Under the pieces are notes generated by a model. It searched no databases. It was not told the DNA's origin and saw only the letters and a list, made by a program, of their open reading frames with translations. Source: Cyanobacteria bacterium J06638_7 (GTDB lineage Bacteria > Cyanobacteriota > Cyanobacteriia > PCC-6307 > Cyanobiaceae). From it: 64,000 nucleotides of DNA. A program made the position numbers and the translations under genes. The DNA is taken from NCBI GenBank assembly GCA_039818745.1, contig JBCBTI010000001.1:66257-130256 (forward strand). Reading direction: 5' to 3'. Of this stretch, positions 10,501 to 19,144 are shown piece after piece; position 1 is the first letter of the stretch, and every line of letters starts with the position of its first letter.

Positions 10501-11870
10501 CGCTGCTGGGGCAGGAGGTGGAGGAGCTGCAGGCCACGCTGCTGTTCGACTTCGAGCAGCTGCTGCTGGAGGAGTTCACAGCCCGGGTGGGCGCCGAGGG
10601 CCGTGTCAGCGGCAGTGGCAGCCTGGGGCTGTTCAGCCCCCACCGGGATGCCGAGGGCGAGCCCGCCCAGCTGGCCATCGCGGTGGCGGACATGCCCTTT
10701 CGCCAGCCGCGGCTGCAGGCCACCATCGACGGCGACCTGCAGGTGGGCGGCAGCCTGACCAACCTGGAGGTGGGCGGCAGCCTGGCCCTTGCCAAGGGCT
10801 TGGTGAACGTGCAGCCGGGGCGCCTGGCCGGCGAGGAGGGTGGCGTTCAGACCGTGGCCTCGGTGCCGGAGCTGGCCGAGCAGCGGTGGGACTTCCAGCA
10901 GCCCCTGGTGCTGCTCGGCCCGGAGCTGCAGGAACGGGAGGGCGAGGACTTCCGCGCCCTGGTGCCGAACGTGCGCTTTCTCGACTTCCGGGGCCTGCGG
11001 GTGAGCCTGGGCCCCGACTTCAGCGTGGTGATCCCCCAGCTGGCTGATTTCAAGACCTCCGGCAACCTGCGCATCGACGGCCCTCTCAGCCCTGACCTCG
11101 AGGCGCGGGGGGTGGTGAAGCTGGAGCGGGGTCGGCTGAATCTGTTCACCACCAATTTCTATCTCGACCGCAACTCTCCCAACGTGGCTGTGTTCGCACC
11201 CTCGCTGGGGCTGGTGCCATTTCTCGACATCACCCTGCGCACCCGCGTCTCGGACACGATCGCTCCGGGAGTTGTGAGCGGCAGCGCCGGCTCCTCGATC
11301 AACGCCACCGCGATCAGCCAGGAGGAGCGGCGCAGCGGCGTCAGTTCTCTCGATCAGCTCAATCTGGTGCAGGTCTTCCTGTCCGTGAGCGGCCCGGCCA
11401 ACCGCGTGGCCGACGGCATCAGCCTGCGCAGCACGCCTCCGCTGCCGGAGGATCGGCTGCTGGCGCTCATCGGCGGCAATTCCCTGGCGGGCCTCGGTGG
11501 ATCGGCTGCCGGCACGGCCCTGGCCACGGTGGTGGGCCAGACGCTGCTCTCGCCGCTGCTCGGCACCCTGGGGGAAGCCTTCGGTGAGCGCCTCAGCTTC
11601 GCCCTCTACCCGGCCTTCGTAAGCCAGCGGGTGGACAACGACTCCAACCGGCGCTCGGGCCGGGTACCGCCCCAGCTCGTGCTGGCCACCGAGGTGGGGG
11701 TGGACGTGAGCCCCCAGTTCAACTTCTCGGTGATCGCCGCGCCCAACCGCTCCGATGTGCCTCCCCAGGTCAACCTCACCTTCCGCGCTTCCGAACTGCT
11801 CAATCTGCAGGGCTCCCTCGACGCCCAGGGGGCGTGGCAGACCCAGCTGCAGGTGTTCTTCCGCTTCTGA
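7566..11870 (+). CDS. TamB-like translocation/assembly module protein (DUF490 C-terminus)
   Basis: 1434 aa from ATG 7566; TTG 7515 is also in frame. N-terminal TM anchor APLLLVALAGGSATALVFSL, a long beta-rich repetitive body, and a TamB-type C-terminal end ...LDAQGAWQTQLQVFFRF. Confidence 0.8.
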   Translation: MAELPPQGSPPSPPEPDSQPSSRPRSALQRAAAPLLLVALAGGSATALVFSLNRLAAEAYRRLQPGVERQLSSSLGQPVELGVFRGLGWQGLRLGASRVRSLPSHPSGVELAGIGLRLDPIASLRRRLPVLEVNLEGVEANLRPNAQGSYWRLPAADPSAEPPGLVARVRLPQPALVRIERAGVHSQLTLRGSVVIEPQRNQASGLLQLRPGDSALSNAGSLQLRGGGNWRANRWQGRLSSRGVALKWPAALVAAGGVVDGRVDGQLQLAWEAGKPRCQGELRMGPVSWRAQASQPALLLDRPRLRCQGTTVTLAQSGWSWGERSGQFGLQARWQPDKLLLEQLELSSGRSWLWARGALTPDPVLSGDWQLAPADLPLPPGVGPELVGSQLRGSLRLAGSWSRPQLSTRVSQASNPLLGPWQASLRWRDQRLLLDQLASAHLSGRGSLPLSLVAGQGLRSGALDLSLRLDRYPLPRLSPLLGADLRGVVDAEGTIRGPLSGLTPEFFLRLDQPGAGPLLVAETWSGNWFGDPAGGGRLRLASRGQEPQGRLEARLDRRWVPVAVSLSRGSGQLALQGSPRAYDWTARNFPLEGVQLALGPGAQLRPLRGGLSGDGVLELQPLAFRGRVELDQPAVLGVAAKRVALEGSYRDRRYRAEGQILAQGGGELDLDWSGRWQGEYVAHLQGRDLDDGLVRRLLEAWPRWRGEPGPDPGSAADLGTLLIDTLGGSIDDQLAALNQAHARLRQALVDQRERLTPAERLEKVAARFDLEAELSGPRLADTRIDASVQGHLWFPGQDRDQALTLEPLQLEFTGPVRMGSGSFAFSGVPLALLALFTPVPEELRGTLSSKGRYRLASGQDPELALELTLEDATLGETELALERGSVQLAGNSLQVDVALRAAGAGSGIDLAGRLPLDPAEEGIELRLTSRDDGLIFLSRLAQPALVWEEGSADLQLLVRGSLNSPIANGFLRLQDGRLALLGQEVEELQATLLFDFEQLLLEEFTARVGAEGRVSGSGSLGLFSPHRDAEGEPAQLAIAVADMPFRQPRLQATIDGDLQVGGSLTNLEVGGSLALAKGLVNVQPGRLAGEEGGVQTVASVPELAEQRWDFQQPLVLLGPELQEREGEDFRALVPNVRFLDFRGLRVSLGPDFSVVIPQLADFKTSGNLRIDGPLSPDLEARGVVKLERGRLNLFTTNFYLDRNSPNVAVFAPSLGLVPFLDITLRTRVSDTIAPGVVSGSAGSSINATAISQEERRSGVSSLDQLNLVQVFLSVSGPANRVADGISLRSTPPLPEDRLLALIGGNSLAGLGGSAAGTALATVVGQTLLSPLLGTLGEAFGERLSFALYPAFVSQRVDNDSNRRSGRVPPQLVLATEVGVDVSPQFNFSVIAAPNRSDVPPQVNLTFRASELLNLQGSLDAQGAWQTQLQVFFRF

Positions 11871-11871
11871 G

Positions 11872-12798
11872 ATGACGGCAGCCCAGGCGGCGGATCAGGT
11901 GATCGGTGTGGATCTGGGGGGCACGGCGATCAAGCTGGCGCGCTTCGACCGCCGGGGCACGGTGCTGCAGGCTCTGGAGGTGGCCACCCCCCGGCCGGCC
12001 ATGCCCGGGGCCGTGACAGTGACCATCGCCGAGGCGGTGCAGCGGCTCGATCCGGATCGCCTGGCCCCCCTGGTGGGGGTGGGCCACCCGGGCCCCTGTG
12101 ATCGGCACGGCCGGGTGGCCCGCATCGCCATCAACCTGCCCGGCTGGCGCGATGTGCCCCTGGCCGACTGGCTGGAGCCGTTGCTGGAGCGGCGCGTCAC
12201 CTGCGCCAACGACGCCAACTGCGCCGCCATCGGCGAGCTCTGGCAGGGCGCGGCCCGCGGGGCCGGGGATGTGGTGCTGCTGACCCTCGGCACCGGGGTG
12301 GGAGGTGCGGTGCTGCTGGGAGGGCGCCTGTTCAGCGGCCATCGCGGCGCGGCGGCCGAGCCCGGGCTGATCGGCATTCAGCCCGATGGTCCCCCCTGCA
12401 ACAGCGGCAACCGGGGCTCCCTGGAGAGCTACTGCGGCAGGGCCGGACTGGCCCGCCTCAGTGCCCTCGATCCGCGCGAGCTGTGCCGCCGAGCCGATGC
12501 CGGTGATGCCACAGCCCGGGCGGTGTGGCGGGCCTATGGCGAGCGGCTGGGAGCGGCCCTGAGCTCCCTGCTCTACCTGTTCACCCCCGAACTGGTGCTG
12601 ATCGGTGGGGGCCTCAGCGCCGCCAGCGAGCACTTCCTGCCCGCCGTCTGGGAGCAGGTGCGCGAGCGGGTGCTGGCGGTGAGCCGGGAGGAGCTGCGCA
12701 TCGAGCGTTGCGCCCTTGGCAATGGTGCCGGCCGCCTGGGCGCGGCGCGGCTGGCCCTCGATCGCCTGGCGCCGGATGCAGCCGGCCGGTTGGGATGA
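11872..12798 (+). CDS. ROK family sugar kinase-like protein
   Basis: Internal ATG 11872, 1 nt after the tamB-like stop. It reads [14 protein letters not shown] (ATP phosphate-1 motif), [11 protein letters not shown] and [11 protein letters not shown]. The ROK zinc motif reads [10 protein letters not shown]. Confidence 0.8.
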   Translation: MTAAQAADQVIGVDLGGTAIKLARFDRRGTVLQALEVATPRPAMPGAVTVTIAEAVQRLDPDRLAPLVGVGHPGPCDRHGRVARIAINLPGWRDVPLADWLEPLLERRVTCANDANCAAIGELWQGAARGAGDVVLLTLGTGVGGAVLLGGRLFSGHRGAAAEPGLIGIQPDGPPCNSGNRGSLESYCGRAGLARLSALDPRELCRRADAGDATARAVWRAYGERLGAALSSLLYLFTPELVLIGGGLSAASEHFLPAVWEQVRERVLAVSREELRIERCALGNGAGRLGAARLALDRLAPDAAGRLG

Positions 12799-14138
12799 TG
12801 GCCCCCATGAGCAGCACGTCAGCGCCCCCCACCGCCGTTGTTCCCGACCCCGGCCCCGAGCTGCTGCAGCGTGCTGCCGCCGTGCGCCGCAGTGCCACGG
12901 CCCTCGCGCAGCTGCAGGATGGCCACCGCCGCGCGGCGGTGGAGGCCATGGCCGACGCCCTGCAGGCGCAGCGGCAGGTGATCCTGGCCGCGAATCGCGC
13001 TGACCTGGAGGCTGCCGTCAGTGCTGGGGTGGCGCCGGCCCTGCTGGCACGCCTGAAGCTCGATGCCGCCAAGCTCGATGCCGCCATCGGCGGGGTGCGC
13101 CAGGTGGCCGCCCTGCCGGATCCCGTGGGCCGGCGTCAGCTGCACACCGAACTGGATCAGGGGCTGGTGCTGGAGCGGGTGACGGTGCCCGTGGGGGTGC
13201 TCGGGGTGATCTTCGAGGCCCGTCCCGATGCGCTCATGCAGATCGCCTCGCTGGCGATCCGTTCCGGCAACGGCGCCCTGCTCAAGGGCGGGCGGGAGGC
13301 CGCCGCCAGTTGCGGCGCGATCTCCCGCGCCCTCGCTCAGGGGCTGGCCGCCAGCGCCGTGGACCCCAGCGCCCTGGAGCTGCTCACCAGCCGCCAGGAG
13401 AGCCTGGGCCTGCTGCGCCTCGATGGGCTGGTGGATCTGATCATCCCCCGCGGGTCCAACGAGCTGGTGCGCTTCATCCAGGACCACACCCGCATCCCCG
13501 TGCTCGGTCATGCCGACGGCATCTGCCACCTCTATGTGGACCGGCAGGTGGATCCGGATCAGGCCCTGAGGGTGGCGATCGATGCCAAGACCCACTATCC
13601 GGCGGCCTGCAACGCCATCGAGACCCTGCTCGTGCATCAGGCCATGGCACCGCTGTTCGTGCCGGCGGCCGTGGCGGCCTTCGCCGCCGCCGGCGTGGAG
13701 CTGCGCGGCGATCCGGCCGCCTGCGCCCTCGGGGTGCCACGACCCGCCAGCGAACAGGACTGGCGCACCGAGTATTCCGATCTGATCCTGGCGGTGAAGG
13801 TGGTGCCCGACCTGACGGCCGCCCTTGAGCACATCGCCACCTACGGCTCGCGCCACACCGATGCCATCTGCACCACCGACCCACTGGCGGCGGACCGCTT
13901 TCTGGCGGCCGTGAACAGTGCCGGGGTCTACCTCAACTGCTCCACCCGTTTCGCCGACGGTTTCCGCTACGGCTTCGGCGCCGAGGTGGGCATCAGCACC
14001 CAGACCCTGCCTCCCCGCGGACCGGTGGGACTGGAGGGGCTGGTGACCTACCGCTACCGGCTGCGGGGCGAGGGTCACGTCGCCGGCGATTACACCAGTG
14101 GCAGCCGCCGGTTCAGCCACCGCTCCCTGCCGCTGTGA
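12795..14138 (+). CDS. proA: gamma-glutamyl phosphate reductase
   Basis: 447 aa from ATG 12795, overlapping the ROK stop (ATGATG). Typical ProA blocks: [42 protein letters not shown] and [13 protein letters not shown]. Confidence 0.93.
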   Translation: MMAPMSSTSAPPTAVVPDPGPELLQRAAAVRRSATALAQLQDGHRRAAVEAMADALQAQRQVILAANRADLEAAVSAGVAPALLARLKLDAAKLDAAIGGVRQVAALPDPVGRRQLHTELDQGLVLERVTVPVGVLGVIFEARPDALMQIASLAIRSGNGALLKGGREAAASCGAISRALAQGLAASAVDPSALELLTSRQESLGLLRLDGLVDLIIPRGSNELVRFIQDHTRIPVLGHADGICHLYVDRQVDPDQALRVAIDAKTHYPAACNAIETLLVHQAMAPLFVPAAVAAFAAAGVELRGDPAACALGVPRPASEQDWRTEYSDLILAVKVVPDLTAALEHIATYGSRHTDAICTTDPLAADRFLAAVNSAGVYLNCSTRFADGFRYGFGAEVGISTQTLPPRGPVGLEGLVTYRYRLRGEGHVAGDYTSGSRRFSHRSLPL

Positions 14139-14539
14139 GTACCTCTTCAGGCAGCCTGCTGGTGCGGGGTCTGCGGCTGTGGGCGCATGTGGGCGTGCTG
14201 GACTTCGAGCGCGACCAGGGCCAGTGGTTCGAACTGGATCTGGAGCTCGGCGTGGATCCCAGGGCCGCAGGTCGCAGCGACCGGCTGGCGGACACGCTGG
14301 ATTACGGCGTGCTGATCGCGGCCCTGCAGCGGCAGGCCAGCCGCATCCGCTGCCACACCCTGGAGCACTACGGCCAGTGCATCCTGGAGCTGATCAGCGA
14401 ATGCCACGGACCGCTGCCCGTGACCCTTGAGCTGCGCAAGTGTGCCGCCCCTGTGCCGGGGTTCAATGGCAGCGTCGCCATCCGCCGCGCCAGTGGAAGT
14501 CGGGCTGGGCTGGAGGATGGGCCAGGGCCCAGTAGCTGA
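14135..14539 (+). CDS. folB: dihydroneopterin aldolase
   Basis: 134 aa. [31 protein letters not shown]...DTLDYGVL fits the FolB fold signature. ATGA overlap with the proA stop. Confidence 0.8.
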   Translation: MSTSSGSLLVRGLRLWAHVGVLDFERDQGQWFELDLELGVDPRAAGRSDRLADTLDYGVLIAALQRQASRIRCHTLEHYGQCILELISECHGPLPVTLELRKCAAPVPGFNGSVAIRRASGSRAGLEDGPGPSS

Positions 14540-15038
14540 GGCCGCCGTCCCGGTGCTTGAGCACGGCCGTGAGCGCCAGGTCCAGCTGCGCCGCCGCCGC
14601 CAGATCCGGCGGCAGGGGCAGGGTGGCTCGCAGCCCGAAGCTGTTGGCTGAGCCCTCCACCTCCATGGGCAGGGCGCTGAGGCAGCCATCAGCCCGCAGG
14701 TTGCGGCGGTAGCCGTCCAGCCGGTAGAGGTTCCAGTGACCCGCCGGGGCCAGGTTCAGCTCCCAGTAGGGCTCCTGCCCTCCCACGGCCAGAAAGGCTT
14801 CCAGGCAGGTGTGCTGCCAGAGCCCGTCCCGGCGCTGGGGCGAGGGGGCAAGGGGGGGAATGGCCAGCAGCCCCACGGGACCGCTGAGCGCGTAGCTCAG
14901 CTGCAGTTCGGCGCCGCTGCGCTCGGCCCGGGCCAGGAGCTGCAGGGCTGAAGGCCGGGCCCCAGCCCCTGCCTGCACCCTGAAGGGCTGCAGCTCGGCT
15001 GCCAGAGGCAACGGCTCCCCTGCCGCCGCTGCGCTCAC
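14463..15038 (-). CDS. hypothetical protein (DOMON-like, tentative)
   Basis: 191 aa in the same operon as the upstream kinase (4-nt overlap). Beta-rich with conserved-looking W/H positions (WQHTCLEAF, YWELNLAPAGHWNLY). Family assignment is from memory only. Confidence 0.5.
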   Translation of the reverse strand: MSAAAAGEPLPLAAELQPFRVQAGAGARPSALQLLARAERSGAELQLSYALSGPVGLLAIPPLAPSPQRRDGLWQHTCLEAFLAVGGQEPYWELNLAPAGHWNLYRLDGYRRNLRADGCLSALPMEVEGSANSFGLRATLPLPPDLAAAAQLDLALTAVLKHRDGGLSYWALAHPPAQPDFHWRGGWRRCH

Positions 15039-16210
15039 CGCAACTCCTCAACCAGCTTCGCGATCGCCTGCTGCTGCGCTTCGATGCTCTCGGTGAGCCT
15101 GAACTGCACCAGGGCCCGCTCCAGGTTGTGGTTGGGGTGGCGGCACCTGAAGTAGCGGTTCCCGGCCAGATGATCGGTGAAGAAGCGCAGGCCAAGCTCA
15201 AAGGCGATCAGGCGCACCGCCACGGCGATGTGGTCGAGGTCGGCCGCACTCAGGCAGGGCCTCGCCAGCTCCAGGTAGCCGCCCAGCATCGGCCGACAGA
15301 GGGTGAGATCGAAGCGCACCGCCGCCAGATCGTTGGCGTCCTCCCCGGCAGGATTGCAGCCGGAGCGGAGGCAGTCGCCGATGTCGTACTGCACCAGCCC
15401 TGGTTTGACCGTATCCAGATCCACCAGGGCCACAGCCTCTCCGCTGCGCCGATCCAGCAGCACGTTGTTCACCTTCGGATCGCCGTGGATCGGCCGCAGC
15501 CGCAGCAGGCCCCGGTCGCGGGCCCGCTCCAGCACCGGTGCCAGCTGCAGCCGCTGCGCCACGAAGGCGTGGCACCAGCGGCTGCCCTGACAGCCGGCCC
15601 CGGGCGGCTGCCTGGCCAGCACGCTGCGGTAGGCCTGCAGGTAGCGGGGAGTGACGTGGAATCCCTCCAGGGTGTCGGCCAGCTGGTCGCAGGGCAGGTC
15701 ATGAATCAGCAGGTGAAAGCGCCCCAGGGCTCGGCCCACCTCGCGGGCATGGTCCGCATCCCGCACCGTGTCGTGGCTGATGGCGTCGTCCACATGGGTG
15801 AGCAGACGCCAGGCCTGGCCGTCGCGCTGCAGCCAGCGGCCGCCGCCGTCGCGGGTGGGCACCAGCCGCGGCAGTTCCCAGGGGCGTCCACTGTGCTCCA
15901 GGTTGAGGGGCCGGCCGTCCAGGTGTTCGCCGAGCCGGGCGATGTTGCCCATGACCAGATCCGGCCTGGGGAACACCTCACGGTTGAGGCGCTGCAACAC
16001 GTAGTGCCGGCCGTCGGCGGCCTGCAGCCGGAAGGTGTCGTTGACGTTGCCATTGCCCAGCGCTGACAGGTGCCGCACCGGAACGGGGATGGCGAAGGCC
16101 TCGGCGATGGCTGAGAGCTCGGCGACGGCTGAAGCCTCGGCGAGGGGGGAGGCCTCGGCGGGGGCGCCCGGGGGGGTGCCATCGGGGCAGGGGTGGACGC
16201 GGCCGCTCAT
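15035..16210 (-). CDS. aminoglycoside-phosphotransferase-fold kinase (APH/choline-kinase superfamily)
   Basis: 391 aa. GNGNVNDTF (nucleotide loop), IHGDPKVNNVLLD (catalytic HxDxxxxN) and LVDLDTV (DxD/Mg site). ATG confirmed at 16210. Confidence 0.75.
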   Translation of the reverse strand: MSGRVHPCPDGTPPGAPAEASPLAEASAVAELSAIAEAFAIPVPVRHLSALGNGNVNDTFRLQAADGRHYVLQRLNREVFPRPDLVMGNIARLGEHLDGRPLNLEHSGRPWELPRLVPTRDGGGRWLQRDGQAWRLLTHVDDAISHDTVRDADHAREVGRALGRFHLLIHDLPCDQLADTLEGFHVTPRYLQAYRSVLARQPPGAGCQGSRWCHAFVAQRLQLAPVLERARDRGLLRLRPIHGDPKVNNVLLDRRSGEAVALVDLDTVKPGLVQYDIGDCLRSGCNPAGEDANDLAAVRFDLTLCRPMLGGYLELARPCLSAADLDHIAVAVRLIAFELGLRFFTDHLAGNRYFRCRHPNHNLERALVQFRLTESIEAQQQAIAKLVEELR

Positions 16211-16278
16211 GGCGCCATCCTGGCCTGGCCGGCTCAGGGCGACCTGGCCGGCAATTCTCTATCCACCAATGCCCCTCC

Positions 16279-16914
16279 TTGTCAGCCTCCTCAGCTCCGC
16301 CTGCCGCCGCCGCGCCATGGCCCAGCCCTCCACCGCTGGTGCTGGTGCATGGTCTGTGGGACACGCCCGGCCTGTTCCGCAGGCTGCAGGCGCGCCTGGA
16401 GGGCCGCCGCGAACCCTTGCTCCTGCCCCACCTTGAGCACGGTCTGGGGAATCGGCCCGTGCTGGAGCTGGCTGCGCAGCTGGCAGAGGCGGTGAGCGAG
16501 GCCTTCGGGCCTCACCAGCCCGTGGATGTGCTCGGCTTCTCCCTGGGCGGAGTGATCGCCCGCGCCTGGATTCAGCTGCTGGCCGGCGGCGGTCGCACCC
16601 GGCGCTTCATCAGCGTCGGCAGTCCGCAGCACGGCAGCCTGCTGGCGCTGCCCTGGCCGCGGCGCTGGCTGGCCACGGTGGCCGATCTGCGTCCGGGCAG
16701 TGCCCTGCTGCGGCGGCTCAACAGCGACTCCGCCGGGCTGCAGCAGGTGGAGTGCACCAGCTTCTGGTGCCTGAGTGACCAGATGGTGGTGCCGAGCTGG
16801 ACCGGCGTGCTGCCCTGCGGGCCCAGACGACGGCTGCCGGTTTGGCATCACCAGCAGCTGATCACCACAGCGGCGGGTCTGGAGCCGATCGTGGCCGAGC
16901 TGCTGCGGCCATGA
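16279..16914 (+). CDS. alpha/beta hydrolase, lipase-like
   Basis: 211 aa. LVLVHGLWDT oxyanion region and a GFSLGG nucleophile elbow. TTG start at 16279; GTG 16339 is also possible. Confidence 0.7.
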   Translation: MSASSAPPAAAAPWPSPPPLVLVHGLWDTPGLFRRLQARLEGRREPLLLPHLEHGLGNRPVLELAAQLAEAVSEAFGPHQPVDVLGFSLGGVIARAWIQLLAGGGRTRRFISVGSPQHGSLLALPWPRRWLATVADLRPGSALLRRLNSDSAGLQQVECTSFWCLSDQMVVPSWTGVLPCGPRRRLPVWHHQQLITTAAGLEPIVAELLRP

Positions 16915-16944
16915 GCGGCGGGCCGGCGCGGGGTGACAGGGCCT

Positions 16945-19092
16945 TCAGGCCGGGTCCGCAGCCAGGCCGGAGTGGCGGATCAGGGCTTCGGGGCTCGGCG
17001 GCCGGCCCCTGAAGGCCTCGAACACCTCCGCCGGCGAGCGGCTGCCGCCGAGGCTGAGCACCGTGTCGCGGAAGCGGCGGCCCGTGGCCACCACCTGGTC
17101 CTCGTCATCCAGCCCGGCCTCCTCGAAGGCGCTGAAGGCGTCGGCGCTGAGCACCTCGGCCCACTTGTAGGAGTAGTACCCAGCCGAGTAGCCGCCGGCG
17201 AAGATGTGACTGAAGGAGCACAGAAATCTGTCCTCCGCGATCGGCTCGAGCACGGTGGTGGTGGCGGCGACCTCCCGGCGCAGCTGCTCCGGGCTGCGGC
17301 CGCCGTCCGGCGTCCAGCAGCTGTGCAGACGCAGATCGGTGAGGGCGAAGTGCAGCTGGCGCAGGGTGGCGCTGCCGCCCATGAAGGTGCGGGCCGCCAG
17401 CAGCTTGTGGTACTCCGCCTCGGGCAAAGGGTCCCCGCTCTGCCAGTGGCGGGCCATGCCCATCAGGGTGGCGCGGTCGTAGCACCAGTTCTCCATGAAC
17501 TGGCTGGGCAGCTCCACCGCATCCCACTCCACGTTGTTGATGCCGGCGGCCTGGGGGCGCTCCACCGTGGTGAGCATGTGCTGGAGGCCGTGCCCGAACT
17601 CGTGGAAGAGGGTCTCCACTTCGTCGAAGGTCATCAGGCTGGGGGTGGCGCCCACCGGCGGGCTCTGGTTGCAGATCAGGTAGGCCACCGGCAGCACCGG
17701 ATCGCCGCTGCGGCTGCGGGAGCGGCGCAGGCACTCATCCATCCAGGCGCCGCCCCGCTTGCTGCCTGGCCGGCTGTAGGGATCCAGGTAGAACGCCGCC
17801 AGGGGCTCCCCACTGGCGCCGTCGAGCACCCGGAAGTAGCGGGCATCGGGATGCCAGCTGGGCGCCTCGCCGCGCTCGGTGGCCAGGATGCGGATGTCGA
17901 ACAGCCGCTGACAGAGGCCGAACAGGCCCTGCAGCACCTGCTCGAGGGGAAACCAGGGGCGCAGGGCCTCAGCGTCGAGGTCGAAGCTCTCGCGGCGCAG
18001 CACCTCGGCCCAGAAGCTCACGTCCCAGGGCTTCATGTCGCCGGCCTCAGGAGCGTTGTGGCGGGCGGCACAATCACGCAGCTCCTGCAGCTCACGGCTG
18101 GCCACCGGGAAGGCCGCCGCCCGGAGGTTCTCCAGCAGCTCCTCCACCTCGGCCACCGACCCCGCCATCTTGCTGGCCAGGCTCACCTCCGCCCAGTTGG
18201 CGTAGCCCAAACGCCGGGCCTGGTCCAGGCGCAGGCTGAGAATCCGCTCGATCAGGGGCCGGTTGTCACCCGCGCCGCTGGCGGCACGGGCGACCTGGGC
18301 GCGGTAGACCGCTTCGCGCAGGTCACGGCGGCGGCTGTACTTCAGGAAGGGCCCCACCCGCGGCATGTCCAGGCCCATGCGCCAGCCCGGCTCGCCGGCG
18401 TCCCGTGCGGCCTGGGCCAGCAGGTCCCGCAGGCTCTGGGGCAGGCCGTCGAGGTCCTCCTCGGCGCTGAGGCAGAGGCTCCAGTTGTTGGTGGCATCCA
18501 GCACGTGATTGCTGAAGCTGCTGGCCAGCTGGGCCAGTTCGCTGGTGGCGTCGTTGAAGGCCTCCTGTCGGGCACCCTCCAGTCCCACCCCGCGCAAGCG
18601 CATGTGCAGCAGCTCGGCCTCCACGATGCGCCGTTGGGTGGGGTCGAGCTCCTGGGCCTCCAGGTGCTCCAGGGCGCGGTAGATGGGCTTGCTCTGGCCG
18701 ACGCGGCTGCCGAAGGCCACCACCAGGCCCTGCTGGTTCTCGTAGGCCTGACGCAGCTCAGGGGTGTTGCACACCCCGTGCAGGTGGCTCACCACTCCCC
18801 AGCTCCAGCGCAGCCGCTCCTCAAGGTGATGGAGGGGATCCATCACTTCGCCCCAGGCGATCGCCTGGAAGCCGCCGTTGGCGGCGGCGTCCAGACGATC
18901 CCGGAGCTGACGTTCGAGGCCGTTCAGCTCCTGCTCAAGCTCGGCCAGCAGCACGGGGATGGCGCTCTCCACCTGCTCCGGGGTGATGGCCTCGAAGGCG
19001 GGCAGCCCTTCGCCGGCCAGCAGCGGCGAGGGCTCCATGGCCTGGGCGCCGCCCACAGGGCTGGATTGGCTGGCGCCGGGAGTGTGGGCCAT
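16945..19092 (-). CDS. prlC: oligopeptidase A (M3 family metallopeptidase)
   Basis: 715 aa with the HEFGHGLQH zinc motif and M3-family length and architecture. Confidence 0.9.
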   Translation of the reverse strand: MAHTPGASQSSPVGGAQAMEPSPLLAGEGLPAFEAITPEQVESAIPVLLAELEQELNGLERQLRDRLDAAANGGFQAIAWGEVMDPLHHLEERLRWSWGVVSHLHGVCNTPELRQAYENQQGLVVAFGSRVGQSKPIYRALEHLEAQELDPTQRRIVEAELLHMRLRGVGLEGARQEAFNDATSELAQLASSFSNHVLDATNNWSLCLSAEEDLDGLPQSLRDLLAQAARDAGEPGWRMGLDMPRVGPFLKYSRRRDLREAVYRAQVARAASGAGDNRPLIERILSLRLDQARRLGYANWAEVSLASKMAGSVAEVEELLENLRAAAFPVASRELQELRDCAARHNAPEAGDMKPWDVSFWAEVLRRESFDLDAEALRPWFPLEQVLQGLFGLCQRLFDIRILATERGEAPSWHPDARYFRVLDGASGEPLAAFYLDPYSRPGSKRGGAWMDECLRRSRSRSGDPVLPVAYLICNQSPPVGATPSLMTFDEVETLFHEFGHGLQHMLTTVERPQAAGINNVEWDAVELPSQFMENWCYDRATLMGMARHWQSGDPLPEAEYHKLLAARTFMGGSATLRQLHFALTDLRLHSCWTPDGGRSPEQLRREVAATTTVLEPIAEDRFLCSFSHIFAGGYSAGYYSYKWAEVLSADAFSAFEEAGLDDEDQVVATGRRFRDTVLSLGGSRSPAEVFEAFRGRPPSPEALIRHSGLAADPA

Positions 19093-19144
19093 GGTGCTGG
19101 AATCACTGGTGCCATTTCAGACCATCCGCGGCATCCGGCGCGAT

